The notes under the pieces are model-generated. The model was not told the origin of the DNA. It saw only the letters and a list, made by a program, of their open reading frames with translations, and ran no database searches. This document shows positions 9,152 to 20,064 of a DNA stretch of 64,000 nt, one piece after another. A program made the translations under genes and the position numbers. How positions within the stretch are numbered: the first letter of the stretch is position 1; each line of letters begins with the position of its first letter. The DNA is from a virus (Duplodnaviria; Caudoviricetes): positions 12,181 through 76,180 of IMG/VR virus record IMGVR_UViG_2690315653_000003; one strand, given 5' to 3'.

Positions 9152-10255
9152 ATGACTGCTCCCTATATAATAAAGTTTACGCCCACAGCCGGTGCCACCG
9201 GAACGCTCATTGAATACCGGCAGGCCGGTTCCTCTGTATGGATTACCCCAACAAGTACCCCTAACCCCACCACAGGCAGCCAGTACCCACTGGATCTTGA
9301 AAAGGGCAAATCCTATTATGTATCCGTATCAGCAATTAGTCCAAATTGTAGAAGACGAAAAGCGATTATTACCGTGGTTGTACCTGCAGGCCCAGATCTG
9401 CCGTGCTGTCCTTCCGGGTTTACATTATCTCCGGATAATACTTTTTGTTACAAGGAAGAAACAATGCCCCCCGAAATTCTTTCTTCCGGTATGTGTTTAG
9501 CCTATTCCAAAGAATCAGGAGCATATTCGGGCGATGGAGCCAGACTTTATGATCCTGGATTTTCAATTCACCTGCCTTCTTCCAATACATATACTGCACT
9601 TACAGGGGCCTATTGGACGGGAACTCCTGCGGGCTATGGTGATCCTAATAATAGTGGTTCTTCCGCTAATGAGAGCGTTATGAATAGGGACAGTGTGTGG
9701 ATAGATGCTGATTGCGATGGTACAAAGGATGCACTGGCTGCATGTTCGGTATTGCAGTTTACCTATTTGCTCAATCTCTCGTCCCCAAAAAGAGTTTATG
9801 TCGGGCTGGGAGGGGATAATACATTCAGGTTAGATATCAATAACAATATTATTGTTCAATGTGAAGCTGGCCCAAGTGGAATCGTAGCATCAGGAGGCAC
9901 CGTATGTGCTACTGCACCTGCAGCTTCTTCCAGTAATGTCAGTAACAGCAATTTTAACCTCTGGCATATTATCCCGGTAGATCTGCCCTCCGGTCCAAAC
10001 TATCTCAATTTCCAGGCTACCGGTGATGGATCAGTAAACGATGCTTTCGCAGCGATTGTATATGATAATACTGCCCAGCAAATAGCTGCCGCCACAAGCG
10101 ATGCAGCGCTAAATATCCTTTTTCGAACTGGAGACTTTAAAGGTGAACGCCTTGATATAGCTGTCTGTGAAGCCGGGTGGCAACTGGACACCAGCGCAGG
10201 TATTGGCAATTATGTGTGTCGGAAAATAACGCAATCGCCCACTATTTCCTGTTAA
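9152..10255 (+). CDS. putative fibre/receptor-binding protein (FnIII-like N-terminus, beta-sandwich body)
   Basis: 367 aa; 'IEYRQAGSSVW...LEKGKSYYVSVSA' is FnIII-like; 'GGDNTFRLDIN' is PA14-like; Cys-bracketed. Confidence 0.5.
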   Translation: MTAPYIIKFTPTAGATGTLIEYRQAGSSVWITPTSTPNPTTGSQYPLDLEKGKSYYVSVSAISPNCRRRKAIITVVVPAGPDLPCCPSGFTLSPDNTFCYKEETMPPEILSSGMCLAYSKESGAYSGDGARLYDPGFSIHLPSSNTYTALTGAYWTGTPAGYGDPNNSGSSANESVMNRDSVWIDADCDGTKDALAACSVLQFTYLLNLSSPKRVYVGLGGDNTFRLDINNNIIVQCEAGPSGIVASGGTVCATAPAASSSNVSNSNFNLWHIIPVDLPSGPNYLNFQATGDGSVNDAFAAIVYDNTAQQIAAATSDAALNILFRTGDFKGERLDIAVCEAGWQLDTSAGIGNYVCRKITQSPTISC

Positions 10256-10271
10256 CCCCAATATTTTAAAA

Positions 10272-10514
10272 ATGCCAGATGTTTCTACTGGAACCACCAT
10301 GATTAAGTTTGGTTCGTCTTTACGCATAGGATATCGGGCAGAAGGTTCAGCCTCTGCTTTTACCTACCTGCCTCAATATTACTCTCAGGCTCAATTACCG
10401 CTAACTTTTACTGTTCCCTCTTCCGGGAGTTGGGAAATAGAATATTCCGAAATCTGCCCGAACTGTAGCGGGGGAATATATTCTGACAGTGTAATAACTA
10501 TTGTAAATGTATGA
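10272..10514 (+). CDS. small beta-rich hypothetical protein
   Basis: 80 aa ORF, CPNC, co-oriented. Confidence 0.55.
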   Translation: MPDVSTGTTMIKFGSSLRIGYRAEGSASAFTYLPQYYSQAQLPLTFTVPSSGSWEIEYSEICPNCSGGIYSDSVITIVNV

Positions 10515-10620
10515 TAGGTATTGATGTTTTGACTCTCACGTAATTCAACTATTCAGAAAATCAAAAATCCTGATTTCTTTAACTTGTTAGATTGAAGAAA
10601 TGGCCTGTGTTTAATTATCT

Positions 10621-10642
10621 GCTGTTTAATGTTTTAATTTTA
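10621..10642 (+). promoter_or_regulatory. candidate promoter element GCTGTT-N4-GTTTTAATTTTA
   Basis: Intergenic; nearly identical to 20024-20044; contains a near match to the Bacteroidota -7 element TAnnTTTG. Confidence 0.4.
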
Positions 10643-10677
10643 CAGGTAAGAATTCTCGTTGTTAACCCATAACCCCT

Positions 10678-11361
10678 ATGACCCTACGCCAGATTGTATC
10701 TGACCTCAGATCCATGCTCAAGCAGGTAAGTGCAGATAGTGTACTCACCGATAGAATGCTGGCATCTGAATTACGTAGTGCCGCCGCTTTACTCATCAGA
10801 AGGGATTTGCTATTGCGAAGGCTATGGAATACCCCAACTCTTTTTACCCAGATCAGATGTCTGAAACTCTGTGAGGTGCCTGTAGCAGAGTGCTGTAACT
10901 ATTCGGCCCCCTGCACAATCCGCCGTTCCCAGTGCAGAATTAAGGGCATTGCAGATCTTGGAACATTCGGGCTGGCCATCCAGGGAATTTTTACCATTGA
11001 TGGTAGGAAGAAGTTCAAAGAAGCTAATCCTTCCAGGTATGAAAATATTTTACGATTAAACATACCCAATAAAAAAGGGTATTACTGGTTACTGGATGGT
11101 TATCTGTATATCACTGATCCTGATCTGGAAGCCATTAACCTGGTAGCTTATTTTGAAGAGGGAGTAACCTTTGAGGGGACAGACTGCCAGTGCGCAGATG
11201 CGACTGTGGATCAAAGTTGTCTCAATCCCCTTGATGAAGATTTTAAATGTCCTCAGTACTTAATTGAAAATGCGAAAAATGCTGTCTATGAAAAACTCGG
11301 AAGATTGTTTAAATCATCTTTAGCAGATCCGGTGAGTAACGAAAAAGAAGAAGCGCGATGA
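10678..11361 (+). CDS. tail ring/tubular-type structural protein
   Basis: 227 aa; 'YYWLLDGYLY...FEE' and 'DEDFKCP' pattern; first gene of the tail block. Confidence 0.6.
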   Translation: MTLRQIVSDLRSMLKQVSADSVLTDRMLASELRSAAALLIRRDLLLRRLWNTPTLFTQIRCLKLCEVPVAECCNYSAPCTIRRSQCRIKGIADLGTFGLAIQGIFTIDGRKKFKEANPSRYENILRLNIPNKKGYYWLLDGYLYITDPDLEAINLVAYFEEGVTFEGTDCQCADATVDQSCLNPLDEDFKCPQYLIENAKNAVYEKLGRLFKSSLADPVSNEKEEAR

Positions 11362-11849
11362 GACCTCGAATTGATTATAGAAGTACCAGTAAAGCAGCAT
11401 ATAATGATTTTTGCAGCCAGCATCCTAATGAACAGATTTCTTTTATCCAGTACAAAGAAATTATTTTGGGATTTAATACGTTACTGGCAGATCATGTCCT
11501 TGAAACCGGTGAGCGCATAAAACTCCCATTTGGACTTGGAGAAATAAGTATTGCCAAGTTTCGCCCTCCCAGACAGAAAACATTTTTAAACAAAACTGGA
11601 AAAGCTGTAACGATTACCGGCCTACCCATTAACTGGCAGAAAACCCGAGAGCATAAAAAGATCATATATCACCTGAACGCTCACACTGATGGTAATAAAT
11701 ATCGCTGGAAGTGGTTTGTTAAAAATGCCCGTTTTGCCGGTGCTGGTTGTTTTAGTTTCAGAGCTAACAGAATCCCTTCAAGAAAATTAGCCCAGTATTT
11801 AAAGTCAGACCCTAAATACGCTCAAATATATCGCCAATGGCAGGATTAA
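11358..11849 (+). CDS. IHF/HU-like DNA-binding protein of crAss-like tail module
   Basis: Basic 163 aa; 'GERIKLPFGLGEISI' resembles the HU/IHF beta arm; canonical position before tail tubular gene. Confidence 0.65.
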   Translation: MRPRIDYRSTSKAAYNDFCSQHPNEQISFIQYKEIILGFNTLLADHVLETGERIKLPFGLGEISIAKFRPPRQKTFLNKTGKAVTITGLPINWQKTREHKKIIYHLNAHTDGNKYRWKWFVKNARFAGAGCFSFRANRIPSRKLAQYLKSDPKYAQIYRQWQD

Positions 11850-12712
11850 CCCATCCATCCTATTATTATCCCTACGAATTTATCTCCCCCTCATCTATGT
11901 ATGCAGAAATTAAAGAGGAGATGAAAAGTTATTTTGCTACCGGGGTGGTGGATGATACCATGTTTCCTATATATACGGAGAGTGCTTTAAAGAAAATTGG
12001 GAGAGCAACCTACAAAATAGATGAAGTTATTGTTGAGCTGAGTAATCTTTCTGCATGCCTTCCAGCCGATTTCAGTTTCATCCGCGAAGTATGGTCCTGC
12101 CAGTCTTCTTATTTTACTATGCCCAACCCAGGAGCACTATATAGTAGTAATACCTATGTCATCTCTCCGGGCGGTGATTTTGACTCCTGTAATCCATGTT
12201 CATGTCCTGAGACTTGCGATAAAAAATTCCAGGTAGTAAGTAAAACGACCACACAGACCATTCTGACTTTTAATCACTCCTACCGGCTTAAGCCAGGAAA
12301 CAGAAATGTCTTAAACCTATGCAGCAAGGATTGTGATGCTATCAGCAAAGATGCTCCAGATATCTTTGATATCCGGGATGGAAAAATATTTACCGGATTT
12401 ACGGAAGGTACCCTGCACATCATCTTTTATAAAAAAGAATTTGACGATTCTGAGTTCCAACTCATACCAGATAACCACCGAATCATAGAATACATCAAGG
12501 CATTTTTAAAATACAAGATGTATGAACAGATCTTCAATGAGGTAGCTGATGAATCTTTTAACCAGGCAGAGCGAAAATATCAGCTATATAAACAAGAATA
12601 CTATGATGCCTATATCAATGCAGACGCGGAGGTAAAGAAACAAACCATTGGCCAGAAAATCAGCAGCATACATGCTGCCAGCCGTCGCATGAACAAATAT
12701 ATTATCAGGTGA
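11837..12712 (+). CDS. tail tubular protein
   Basis: 291 aa; position between IHF-like and stabilisation genes; 'LPADF', 'LIPD...YI' motifs. Confidence 0.7.
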   Translation: MAGLTHPSYYYPYEFISPSSMYAEIKEEMKSYFATGVVDDTMFPIYTESALKKIGRATYKIDEVIVELSNLSACLPADFSFIREVWSCQSSYFTMPNPGALYSSNTYVISPGGDFDSCNPCSCPETCDKKFQVVSKTTTQTILTFNHSYRLKPGNRNVLNLCSKDCDAISKDAPDIFDIRDGKIFTGFTEGTLHIIFYKKEFDDSEFQLIPDNHRIIEYIKAFLKYKMYEQIFNEVADESFNQAERKYQLYKQEYYDAYINADAEVKKQTIGQKISSIHAASRRMNKYIIR

Positions 12713-15700
12713 GAAGCGATAACCCCTATACCGCAAATACAGCCCAGCTGGGAATGAATACTGACGCTGCAATTTCAGCAATGAAAGAAGGGCAGCTGAC
12801 TTTCGCGCGAAATGCAGTACTCCAGAATTTTGACGGGAAGATGCTTTGCTATCAAAACGAGCAATCTAACGAGCTTTGCGGCCAGTTAAAGCCTGGTTTT
12901 AAAGTCATAGGGTTAAAAAATATTATTGAGCAGCAGCGCTCCGTCTTTTTCATGGTTAACCCTGATTCCGGAGATTGTGAAATCTGCCAGCAAACCCATG
13001 GCCAGTGTACCTATGCAACGATCATAAATGCCCGTTGTTTAAACTTTAATATTTCATTTCCAATACACAAAGTAATAGTTAAAACATCAAACTGCAGCAC
13101 CCAACTATTTTGGACTGACGGGCTTAATCCTCCACGATGGATAGATCTGGAGGAGCTTCCCTGGTTAGAGCTGCCGGATCCGGCTGACAGCACTAAAAAA
13201 ATAAAACAGGAAGGAACAGCCGACTGTAATAAGCTGCTTGTTCAACCTAATTTTTCCATTCCGGTAATTACCCCCACAGCTTCAACTGTAGGTGGATCTT
13301 TAAGAATGGGTAGCTACCAATTTGCCGTTCAGTATGCAGGCAGTCTGGGTAGTGGACTCACTGGATTTTATGGCATTACCAACGCCATTGGTATTTGGGA
13401 GTCCCGTTACACCCAGGACACCGATCTTTTAAGCGATAAAGCAATTGCCTTATCAATAACCGGACTTGATAGAAGTGGTCTGTATGACTACTTTAACCTG
13501 GTTTTAATAAAAACGATTAATAATATCGCCAACGTGGAGCTGGTCGGAACTTATCCTGTTGGTAGTGGAAGCGTACAATTGATTTATTCCGGAGAAAGTA
13601 AATCAGATGTCAGGCTTACTATGGAAGATATTTTTGAACGATTCCCCTATTATGATACCGCTCAGGATGTGACTACCAGTGATAATGCCCTTATTTGGGC
13701 AGATATGGCTGTCCATCAGAAAATCAATTACCAACAGATATGGTCTAAAGTGAAATTGTTTTGGGAAACCTGGAAGATTCCTGTTACCAAATTTGAAGGA
13801 TACAATAATCCCATTAACACATCGCAGTACAGAGGATATATGGGCGATGAGGTGTACGCCTTTGAGGGGTGCTTTATTTTACGAAATGGAAAAATCACTG
13901 AAAAGTTTCATATCCCTGGTAGATTGCCTACTGATTATGATCTTCAGATTATTACCGGCGATGATGTCATTGTATATGACGAGAACCCTTGTGCTGATCC
14001 AAAGCCCACCCTGCGCTGGCAGGTGTATAACACGGCTACTTTTATTGCTCACAGCGAAGACTTTATAGATCGTGGAGCAGATAACTGTTATATAGGCCCC
14101 TATCAATATGGTCTATTCGGATATCATGAGTCCACTGAGCTATACCCTGATAATAGATATATATGGGGAGATCTGGCCGGAAAACCTATTCGTCATCACC
14201 GCTTTCCAGATGCCGTCGTTTGCCCGATTCATGACGATAATACTACCGGTAATGTCGGATTTCAGCATAGTATATATCCTAAAGGAGTCCGGGTAGACCT
14301 GCGCAGCCTTTATGATGCCATTGATAACTCCGATTTAAGCGATGCTGACAAATCCCAGATTGCCGGCTTTAAAATCACTCGTGCTAACAGAGCAAGTCAT
14401 AAGTCTGTAGTAGCAAAGGGGTTGCTTTTTAATGTGGGCACGTATAATTATCAAGGTACAACGAGTTTCTATCCAAATTATCCGCTAAACGATCTTCGTC
14501 CTGATCCTTTTCTGGCAGCAGAGAAAATTACGGCTAAATCCGGAGATAATCCGACAGCCCGTCTGGATGGATTTTCCAGTCAGGAAAGTAAACAACGGTA
14601 TACCTTCCATTCTCCTGATACTCACTTTTATCAGCCCTATGGGGTAGATAGTGGTTATCTGAAACTGGAAAGCGTCGAATATGGTAAATCCCGATCACAT
14701 TTTGTAGAGGTAAAAGATAATGCGAAATATAAATTTTTAACCAAAGATGCTACTAAGCTGGCTTTCGCAGCCGGAATGGCGAGCGTAATAACTTTAGACA
14801 TCGGGGGTGGTTTCGGAACCCAGGCATTCCAGGCGCAAGCTGGATTACAGCTGCAGGCTGTAATTCCTTCTTTCACTTCTACGCTTGAAGTGATTAAAAA
14901 TATCACACCAGCGGTAAATTATGGCTGGCAGTTAAATGTGGTAGGAAATTATTCCAGATCTGTTCCGGTTGAAAATAGTGGTTCGAAAATTCGCCGTATT
15001 GATATCGGCGGCTATCTCACTGCCGGTATGCAGCATTTGGGAGATATTCATACCATTAACAATTTACGACGGGAAAGCAGCGTGTATTTAAAAGTAGCGG
15101 GTCCCTTACCATTTCCCCATGAAGTTTCTGAAGACATCGCCGCTGATAATTCCAGGTACCTGATCTCTGAATCCGGATGCTCAAAATCTCCTTCTGAAAT
15201 TGAAGAAAGGAATATTTGCGCATATTATGGAGCAATAAAAAGGATCGTTCCCGGACAATATGGAAGGATGTACTCTTATGAGAGCGTAGATACCGGATAC
15301 TACCAACCACTGTCAGATGAAAATGGAGTAAGGCTGTATAAGTTTGCTACCGTTTTTGGCGGGGACTGCTTCATTAACCGGTTTGCACTGAAAAGAAAAC
15401 TCGCATTTTTTCTTGATGAAACAGTAAATAAAGGTGAAGGAACGGATATAAACTTAGATGATCTCTCCAATATTGGATATCCTATGTTTTGGTATTCTAC
15501 CAAACCAATAGATGTCGATGCTGATTTGTCCGGACTTGAAAGTGAAATGAACACCTTAACGGATTTTGGTTTTTGGACAGTACTCGGAAATCTGGTTAGT
15601 GGTGGAACAAAACCGCTGCGTGCAGGACTTACAATTCTTAATAAACTTTTCCAGGCTTACCTGGAAGTATTAGGTGTGGCTAATATCAACCTGGATTGTG

Positions 15701-17340
15701 CTGCCACAAAGAATATGAACGAGATAGGAAAAGCCTATCTGTTTGCTTATGGCATCCCATACTTTTTTACGGAATCAGAAGTAAATACTGATTACCGCCA
15801 GGCTATCAATATTAAGGAAGGGGACTATTTCCCAAATGTTGGAGCCGATATTCCCGATGACTGGTTACAGGAAACCTTTGTTCCGATTGCAAACGATAAT
15901 CTTTACGTTTATAATAAGAGCTATTCCAAGCAAAACAAAGAAACCTATTTCCACCCTCTCCAGGAGAATTTTGATCCCACAAAAACCTGTCAGACACATT
16001 TTGCCAACCGGATCATTTATTCAGAAAAAGCAAATATGGAGGAGCTGAAAAATAACTGGTTAGTGTACAGACCCGTTAGTTATTTTGATTTGCCGAAAAA
16101 CTATGGCCCACTAACCGCTGTCGATGGTATTGAAGACAGGCGTCTGCTGGTCAGGTTAAGACATAAAAGCCTTATATATAATGTAATGGCAACGCTGGAT
16201 ACACAGGCTGGGATTGCCCAACTTGGAAACCCTGCTTTCTTTTCAGGGCCCCCTGTTGATTTTATAGAAAGCGATTACGGATACGCTGGTAGCGCTCACA
16301 AACTGCTGATTAAATGTCCATATGGCAATATCTGGGTAGACACTATCCGGGGACAGGTGTTGCTCCATAAAGGCACTAGCATAGAGGATCTGGCTTTAAA
16401 AGGAATGAATAGCTGGCTTATGAATAATCTGCCTTTTCAGATTACTTCCCTGTTTAAGGAAATAGGTACTGACAATCATTTTAATCACATAGGGCTTACC
16501 GGGATCTTTGATACCAGGTATAATCGTTTGCTTTTGACAAAAAAGGACTTTCTTCCTTTGAACGCCGGTATTGAGTATTCAAATGGAAAATTCTTCCTGG
16601 ATAATAAACAGGTTCAGCTTTCAGATGCTCAGTATTTCTGCAATAAATCCTGGACGCTATCCTATAGCTTTATCACCGGAGCATGGGTAGCTTACCATAG
16701 CTATATTCCTGATTACTACATAGGTCATCCGGCATTTTTCCAGACAGGATTTTCCGGTGGGCAATATGATCATGGAACCGCCTACACTTATGGTAGCTTC
16801 TATGGCCTGCCAGCTGAATATATACTGGAGTATCCGCTGCAATTTGGTGGACAGGAAACCATTATAGGATCTGTCCATGATTATACTACTGTATTAAAAT
16901 ATACCAGTGCAGAATCTTACCATGAGGTTGAAAATGATATTTATTTTAATCATGCCGTTATTTATTCTGACTCTCAATGCTCTGGAATATTGAATCTGAA
17001 ACCAAAGCCCAGAGGGAACCTGAAAGCTTACCTGTCATATCCTAAATTCAATACTGATTCCAAAGATATTCTGGTTACAAAATCTGATCACCTGTTTAAC
17101 TTCAATCAGTTTTGGGATATCGTTTCTTCCAGAAACCTGCCATTTTTTTCCCGCTCCTGTCAGCTACCCTCCGTGGACAGGATCTTCATCAAAGAAAATC
17201 TTGACTATGGGATGCGGCCACATACAAAATCAAGGATACGTTCTAAAGATGCACGTATCAGACTTATCTATGATAGCCAGGGGCCGTATAAGCTTATCAC
17301 CAATTTTTTGTTAACCAATACCCAAGACTCTTTCAAATAA
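12709..17340 (+). CDS. tail stabilisation (muzzle) protein
   Basis: 1543 aa, beta-rich; 'GMNTD', 'FWTDGLNPPR', 'IRHHRFPD', 'GGDCFINRF', 'SWTLSYS...W..YHSY.P' recognised from crAss stabilisation proteins. Confidence 0.8.
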   Translation: MRSDNPYTANTAQLGMNTDAAISAMKEGQLTFARNAVLQNFDGKMLCYQNEQSNELCGQLKPGFKVIGLKNIIEQQRSVFFMVNPDSGDCEICQQTHGQCTYATIINARCLNFNISFPIHKVIVKTSNCSTQLFWTDGLNPPRWIDLEELPWLELPDPADSTKKIKQEGTADCNKLLVQPNFSIPVITPTASTVGGSLRMGSYQFAVQYAGSLGSGLTGFYGITNAIGIWESRYTQDTDLLSDKAIALSITGLDRSGLYDYFNLVLIKTINNIANVELVGTYPVGSGSVQLIYSGESKSDVRLTMEDIFERFPYYDTAQDVTTSDNALIWADMAVHQKINYQQIWSKVKLFWETWKIPVTKFEGYNNPINTSQYRGYMGDEVYAFEGCFILRNGKITEKFHIPGRLPTDYDLQIITGDDVIVYDENPCADPKPTLRWQVYNTATFIAHSEDFIDRGADNCYIGPYQYGLFGYHESTELYPDNRYIWGDLAGKPIRHHRFPDAVVCPIHDDNTTGNVGFQHSIYPKGVRVDLRSLYDAIDNSDLSDADKSQIAGFKITRANRASHKSVVAKGLLFNVGTYNYQGTTSFYPNYPLNDLRPDPFLAAEKITAKSGDNPTARLDGFSSQESKQRYTFHSPDTHFYQPYGVDSGYLKLESVEYGKSRSHFVEVKDNAKYKFLTKDATKLAFAAGMASVITLDIGGGFGTQAFQAQAGLQLQAVIPSFTSTLEVIKNITPAVNYGWQLNVVGNYSRSVPVENSGSKIRRIDIGGYLTAGMQHLGDIHTINNLRRESSVYLKVAGPLPFPHEVSEDIAADNSRYLISESGCSKSPSEIEERNICAYYGAIKRIVPGQYGRMYSYESVDTGYYQPLSDENGVRLYKFATVFGGDCFINRFALKRKLAFFLDETVNKGEGTDINLDDLSNIGYPMFWYSTKPIDVDADLSGLESEMNTLTDFGFWTVLGNLVSGGTKPLRAGLTILNKLFQAYLEVLGVANINLDCAATKNMNEIGKAYLFAYGIPYFFTESEVNTDYRQAINIKEGDYFPNVGADIPDDWLQETFVPIANDNLYVYNKSYSKQNKETYFHPLQENFDPTKTCQTHFANRIIYSEKANMEELKNNWLVYRPVSYFDLPKNYGPLTAVDGIEDRRLLVRLRHKSLIYNVMATLDTQAGIAQLGNPAFFSGPPVDFIESDYGYAGSAHKLLIKCPYGNIWVDTIRGQVLLHKGTSIEDLALKGMNSWLMNNLPFQITSLFKEIGTDNHFNHIGLTGIFDTRYNRLLLTKKDFLPLNAGIEYSNGKFFLDNKQVQLSDAQYFCNKSWTLSYSFITGAWVAYHSYIPDYYIGHPAFFQTGFSGGQYDHGTAYTYGSFYGLPAEYILEYPLQFGGQETIIGSVHDYTTVLKYTSAESYHEVENDIYFNHAVIYSDSQCSGILNLKPKPRGNLKAYLSYPKFNTDSKDILVTKSDHLFNFNQFWDIVSSRNLPFFSRSCQLPSVDRIFIKENLDYGMRPHTKSRIRSKDARIRLIYDSQGPYKLITNFLLTNTQDSFK

Positions 17341-19991
17341 TGCCTGACGATTTACAAGCCCTGCGAAAAAAGAAATTTGAACCAACCCGTGTAAGCCGCA
17401 TCCAGCAGTTGGCAAAGCAATGGAATGTACCTACCCAGAATATACATACCACAGTTAATTGGGGTTATGATACTGGCATAGATATTCCGGATAGAACTGA
17501 TTATTTTACGTTAGACTCTTTGGGAGCACTCACCAATCGTAAAATTGATTACGCTCCCGTTAAGGGTTATCCTGCCGGTACCTATATCCCTGCGGGCAAA
17601 CCCATACCTGTAATGGATCCGGCAGCCGTTTTGCCAGGAATGACTCCGATTGGGAAATTACCACCTGTTAAGCTTCCCCCCGGCGTAAAACCAGTAATGA
17701 AAAAGGGCGGTGCAATCAAAAATGGTAGAAAGGCCCAGTATGGAGATATCCTGCCAGTTGGAAGAAACCGGAAAATATCCAGTGAGCTGGAAAATACACC
17801 CGTGTCTCCATTACCGGTCAGGGATATGCAGATTGCAGATTATTTTAACAATCCTCAGAATCGTCGTCTTATTCCCAATGACGCCTCTGTCAATGGCCCA
17901 GAGCCGGAAGATCAACAATACTACATTGATGGGAAAAATGGACAGATGTACCAGGACGGAGATCAAGGCCCCGTGCCAATTGCTGCAAATGCTGGCCGAT
18001 CCGGATTTAATATGAGCCTTAATGCCGGCGCTGTGATAACAGGTGTAAATTCTGCCATTAATTCCTTGTATGATAAAAGCAGGGGCATCAAAGAGTTTTC
18101 CCGTCTTAAAAGAAAGCAGCTACAGGATAGTGGTTATAATCCCTATCAGTATGGAACTGGTTCACAGGCCATCTATAGAAATGGTGGAAGCCTGACACCG
18201 GTTGGAGGGAACTCTATTTCCGGTAATAATCCGATGTTGCAATTTAATGGCCCCTCGCATGAAAATGGTGGTATCCCAATTAATTATGCCGGGCAAAATG
18301 TGGAAGTAGAAGGAGGGGAAACAGCCTATCAGGATAGAGCCGGCGATCTTAACATTTTCGGAGACCTCACCATTCCAGGCAGCACTATGAAGTTTAAGAC
18401 TGCAGGGAAAAAAATCGGCGCACTGGAAGCCATGCTGTCAAAGAAGTTATCCAAGGCAAAGAGTTTAATGGCCGAAAATGATCCGACTGATAAGTTTGAA
18501 CGCCTTTCATATAATACGGGCAAATTGCAAATAGCTGGAGCCAGCAGGGATCAGGCAGTTCTCACATCGCTAAAGGAGAATTTATCCCATCTCCAGGAGA
18601 AGGCATTACTGGCAGACGGCAATAATTCCGGAAGCAAGGCAAAACATGGCTATATTATTGCGCAGGATGGTACCAAGGTGCGTAAACCCTCCATGGCTGA
18701 AAGACATAATAATCCCGGTAATATCAAATATGCCGGATGGCTTGCGAAAAAATACGGTGCTACCAAAGGAGATAAATCTTCTGACGGAGATAACTTCGCC
18801 GTTTTCCCATCAAAGCAGGCTGGTTTGCAAGCAATGAAAGCGCTGCTGAAAGGTCCTGGATATAAGTCCCGTAGCGTAGAAGATGCCATCAGCCGTTGGA
18901 CAAACTCTGAAGGCTATAAAATTGATATCGGTGACCTGAAAGGTAAAAAGGTTGGCAGCTTAAATAATGCCGAGCTGGAACACATGATGAATGTGATTAC
19001 ACAAGGGGAAGATAGTAAGCTCTATGATCTGGATTTTCTTTTTACTAATAAGCCAAAGGATCCTGTAATTGATGCGAGCATTCATCCTCCGAAAATGACC
19101 GTTGCTCCTTTAAACCTTCCGCAGGGACCTGGTACCTATACTAACAATCCGCCAGATAGCCCAGAACAGGCAAAAGTTCCCGGTAAAAATAAGGTCCCAC
19201 TCACAGATATTGATAATCCTGGATCTCCTGCTCGCCCCGGTCATCCAAATCCACTGGCCTTTTCTCAATATGGCCCAGAGCTTTTAGCGCTGGGAGAAAG
19301 ACCTGATTTTGTTCCCGGACAAAGATATGAGCCTAATTTATTTGCTCCTTACCAGGTAACATTTCAGGATAAGTTAAATGAAAACGCAGCCACTTTTAAT
19401 CGTGTTGCCATGCAGTCGGGAAATAATCCTTCTGCATTAAGTATTCTGGCTGGTCAGAAATATATAGCTGATTCGGCAGTGCTGGGGGATGAGTTTAGAA
19501 CCAATCAGGGAATAACTAATGATATCACAAACAAAAACATTTCGTTACTAAATGACGCGCAGCTTAAAAATTTACAGCTGGCAGATACGCAGTTTGTAAG
19601 GCAGTCGCAGGCTGTAGCCAATACACGCCAAAATATTAATAATGCTATTAATTCCATTTCATCGAAGATTGCTCAAAACAGGCTGGAGACAAGAGGATAT
19701 AACGCGCTGTCTTCTATGTTTCCTCAATATAATTTTGATAATAATGGAAATATTGAATACCAGCCAAATGAGGAGATGTCTTTTGGAGCTGGTGCAGATA
19801 TTAGCTCACCTGAACAGTATTATCAGCGCACCAGAAACGAGTATGATGGAAGTGGAAAGTTGAGGAAGAAAGTGGTGAACACCCCATCTGATGCCGAGCA
19901 AGCCAAACTGGAATATCAAAACTGGAATAATAGCTTGAAAAAACGAATGTCGCTGCTTACTACATCGCGCAGATTAAAATCAACTTCATAG
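17340..19991 (+). CDS. virion cargo/ejection protein with lysozyme-like (NNPGNI) domain
   Basis: 883 aa; 'GPSHENGGI...EVEGGE' motif; 'RHNNPGNIKY...FAVFPS...GLQAM..LL...I.RW' domain; Pro-rich linkers. Confidence 0.65.
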   Translation: MPDDLQALRKKKFEPTRVSRIQQLAKQWNVPTQNIHTTVNWGYDTGIDIPDRTDYFTLDSLGALTNRKIDYAPVKGYPAGTYIPAGKPIPVMDPAAVLPGMTPIGKLPPVKLPPGVKPVMKKGGAIKNGRKAQYGDILPVGRNRKISSELENTPVSPLPVRDMQIADYFNNPQNRRLIPNDASVNGPEPEDQQYYIDGKNGQMYQDGDQGPVPIAANAGRSGFNMSLNAGAVITGVNSAINSLYDKSRGIKEFSRLKRKQLQDSGYNPYQYGTGSQAIYRNGGSLTPVGGNSISGNNPMLQFNGPSHENGGIPINYAGQNVEVEGGETAYQDRAGDLNIFGDLTIPGSTMKFKTAGKKIGALEAMLSKKLSKAKSLMAENDPTDKFERLSYNTGKLQIAGASRDQAVLTSLKENLSHLQEKALLADGNNSGSKAKHGYIIAQDGTKVRKPSMAERHNNPGNIKYAGWLAKKYGATKGDKSSDGDNFAVFPSKQAGLQAMKALLKGPGYKSRSVEDAISRWTNSEGYKIDIGDLKGKKVGSLNNAELEHMMNVITQGEDSKLYDLDFLFTNKPKDPVIDASIHPPKMTVAPLNLPQGPGTYTNNPPDSPEQAKVPGKNKVPLTDIDNPGSPARPGHPNPLAFSQYGPELLALGERPDFVPGQRYEPNLFAPYQVTFQDKLNENAATFNRVAMQSGNNPSALSILAGQKYIADSAVLGDEFRTNQGITNDITNKNISLLNDAQLKNLQLADTQFVRQSQAVANTRQNINNAINSISSKIAQNRLETRGYNALSSMFPQYNFDNNGNIEYQPNEEMSFGAGADISSPEQYYQRTRNEYDGSGKLRKKVVNTPSDAEQAKLEYQNWNNSLKKRMSLLTTSRRLKSTS

Positions 19992-20023
19992 GTTAAACAT
20001 CGTTAACCAGCATGGTGATAGCA

Positions 20024-20044
20024 GCTGTTATAGTTTTAATTTTG
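20024..20044 (+). promoter_or_regulatory. candidate Bacteroidota-type promoter (-7 element TAATTTTG at 20037-20044)
   Basis: Exact TAnnTTTG match 21 nt before ATG 20065, in an intergenic gap. Confidence 0.5.
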
Positions 20045-20064
20045 TTCCAACCCGATTAACCCTA

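Noticed and set aside
9152-10514. Diversity-generating retroelement acting on fibre genes
   Set aside because: No reverse transcriptase ORF and no template/variable repeat pair seen in the window
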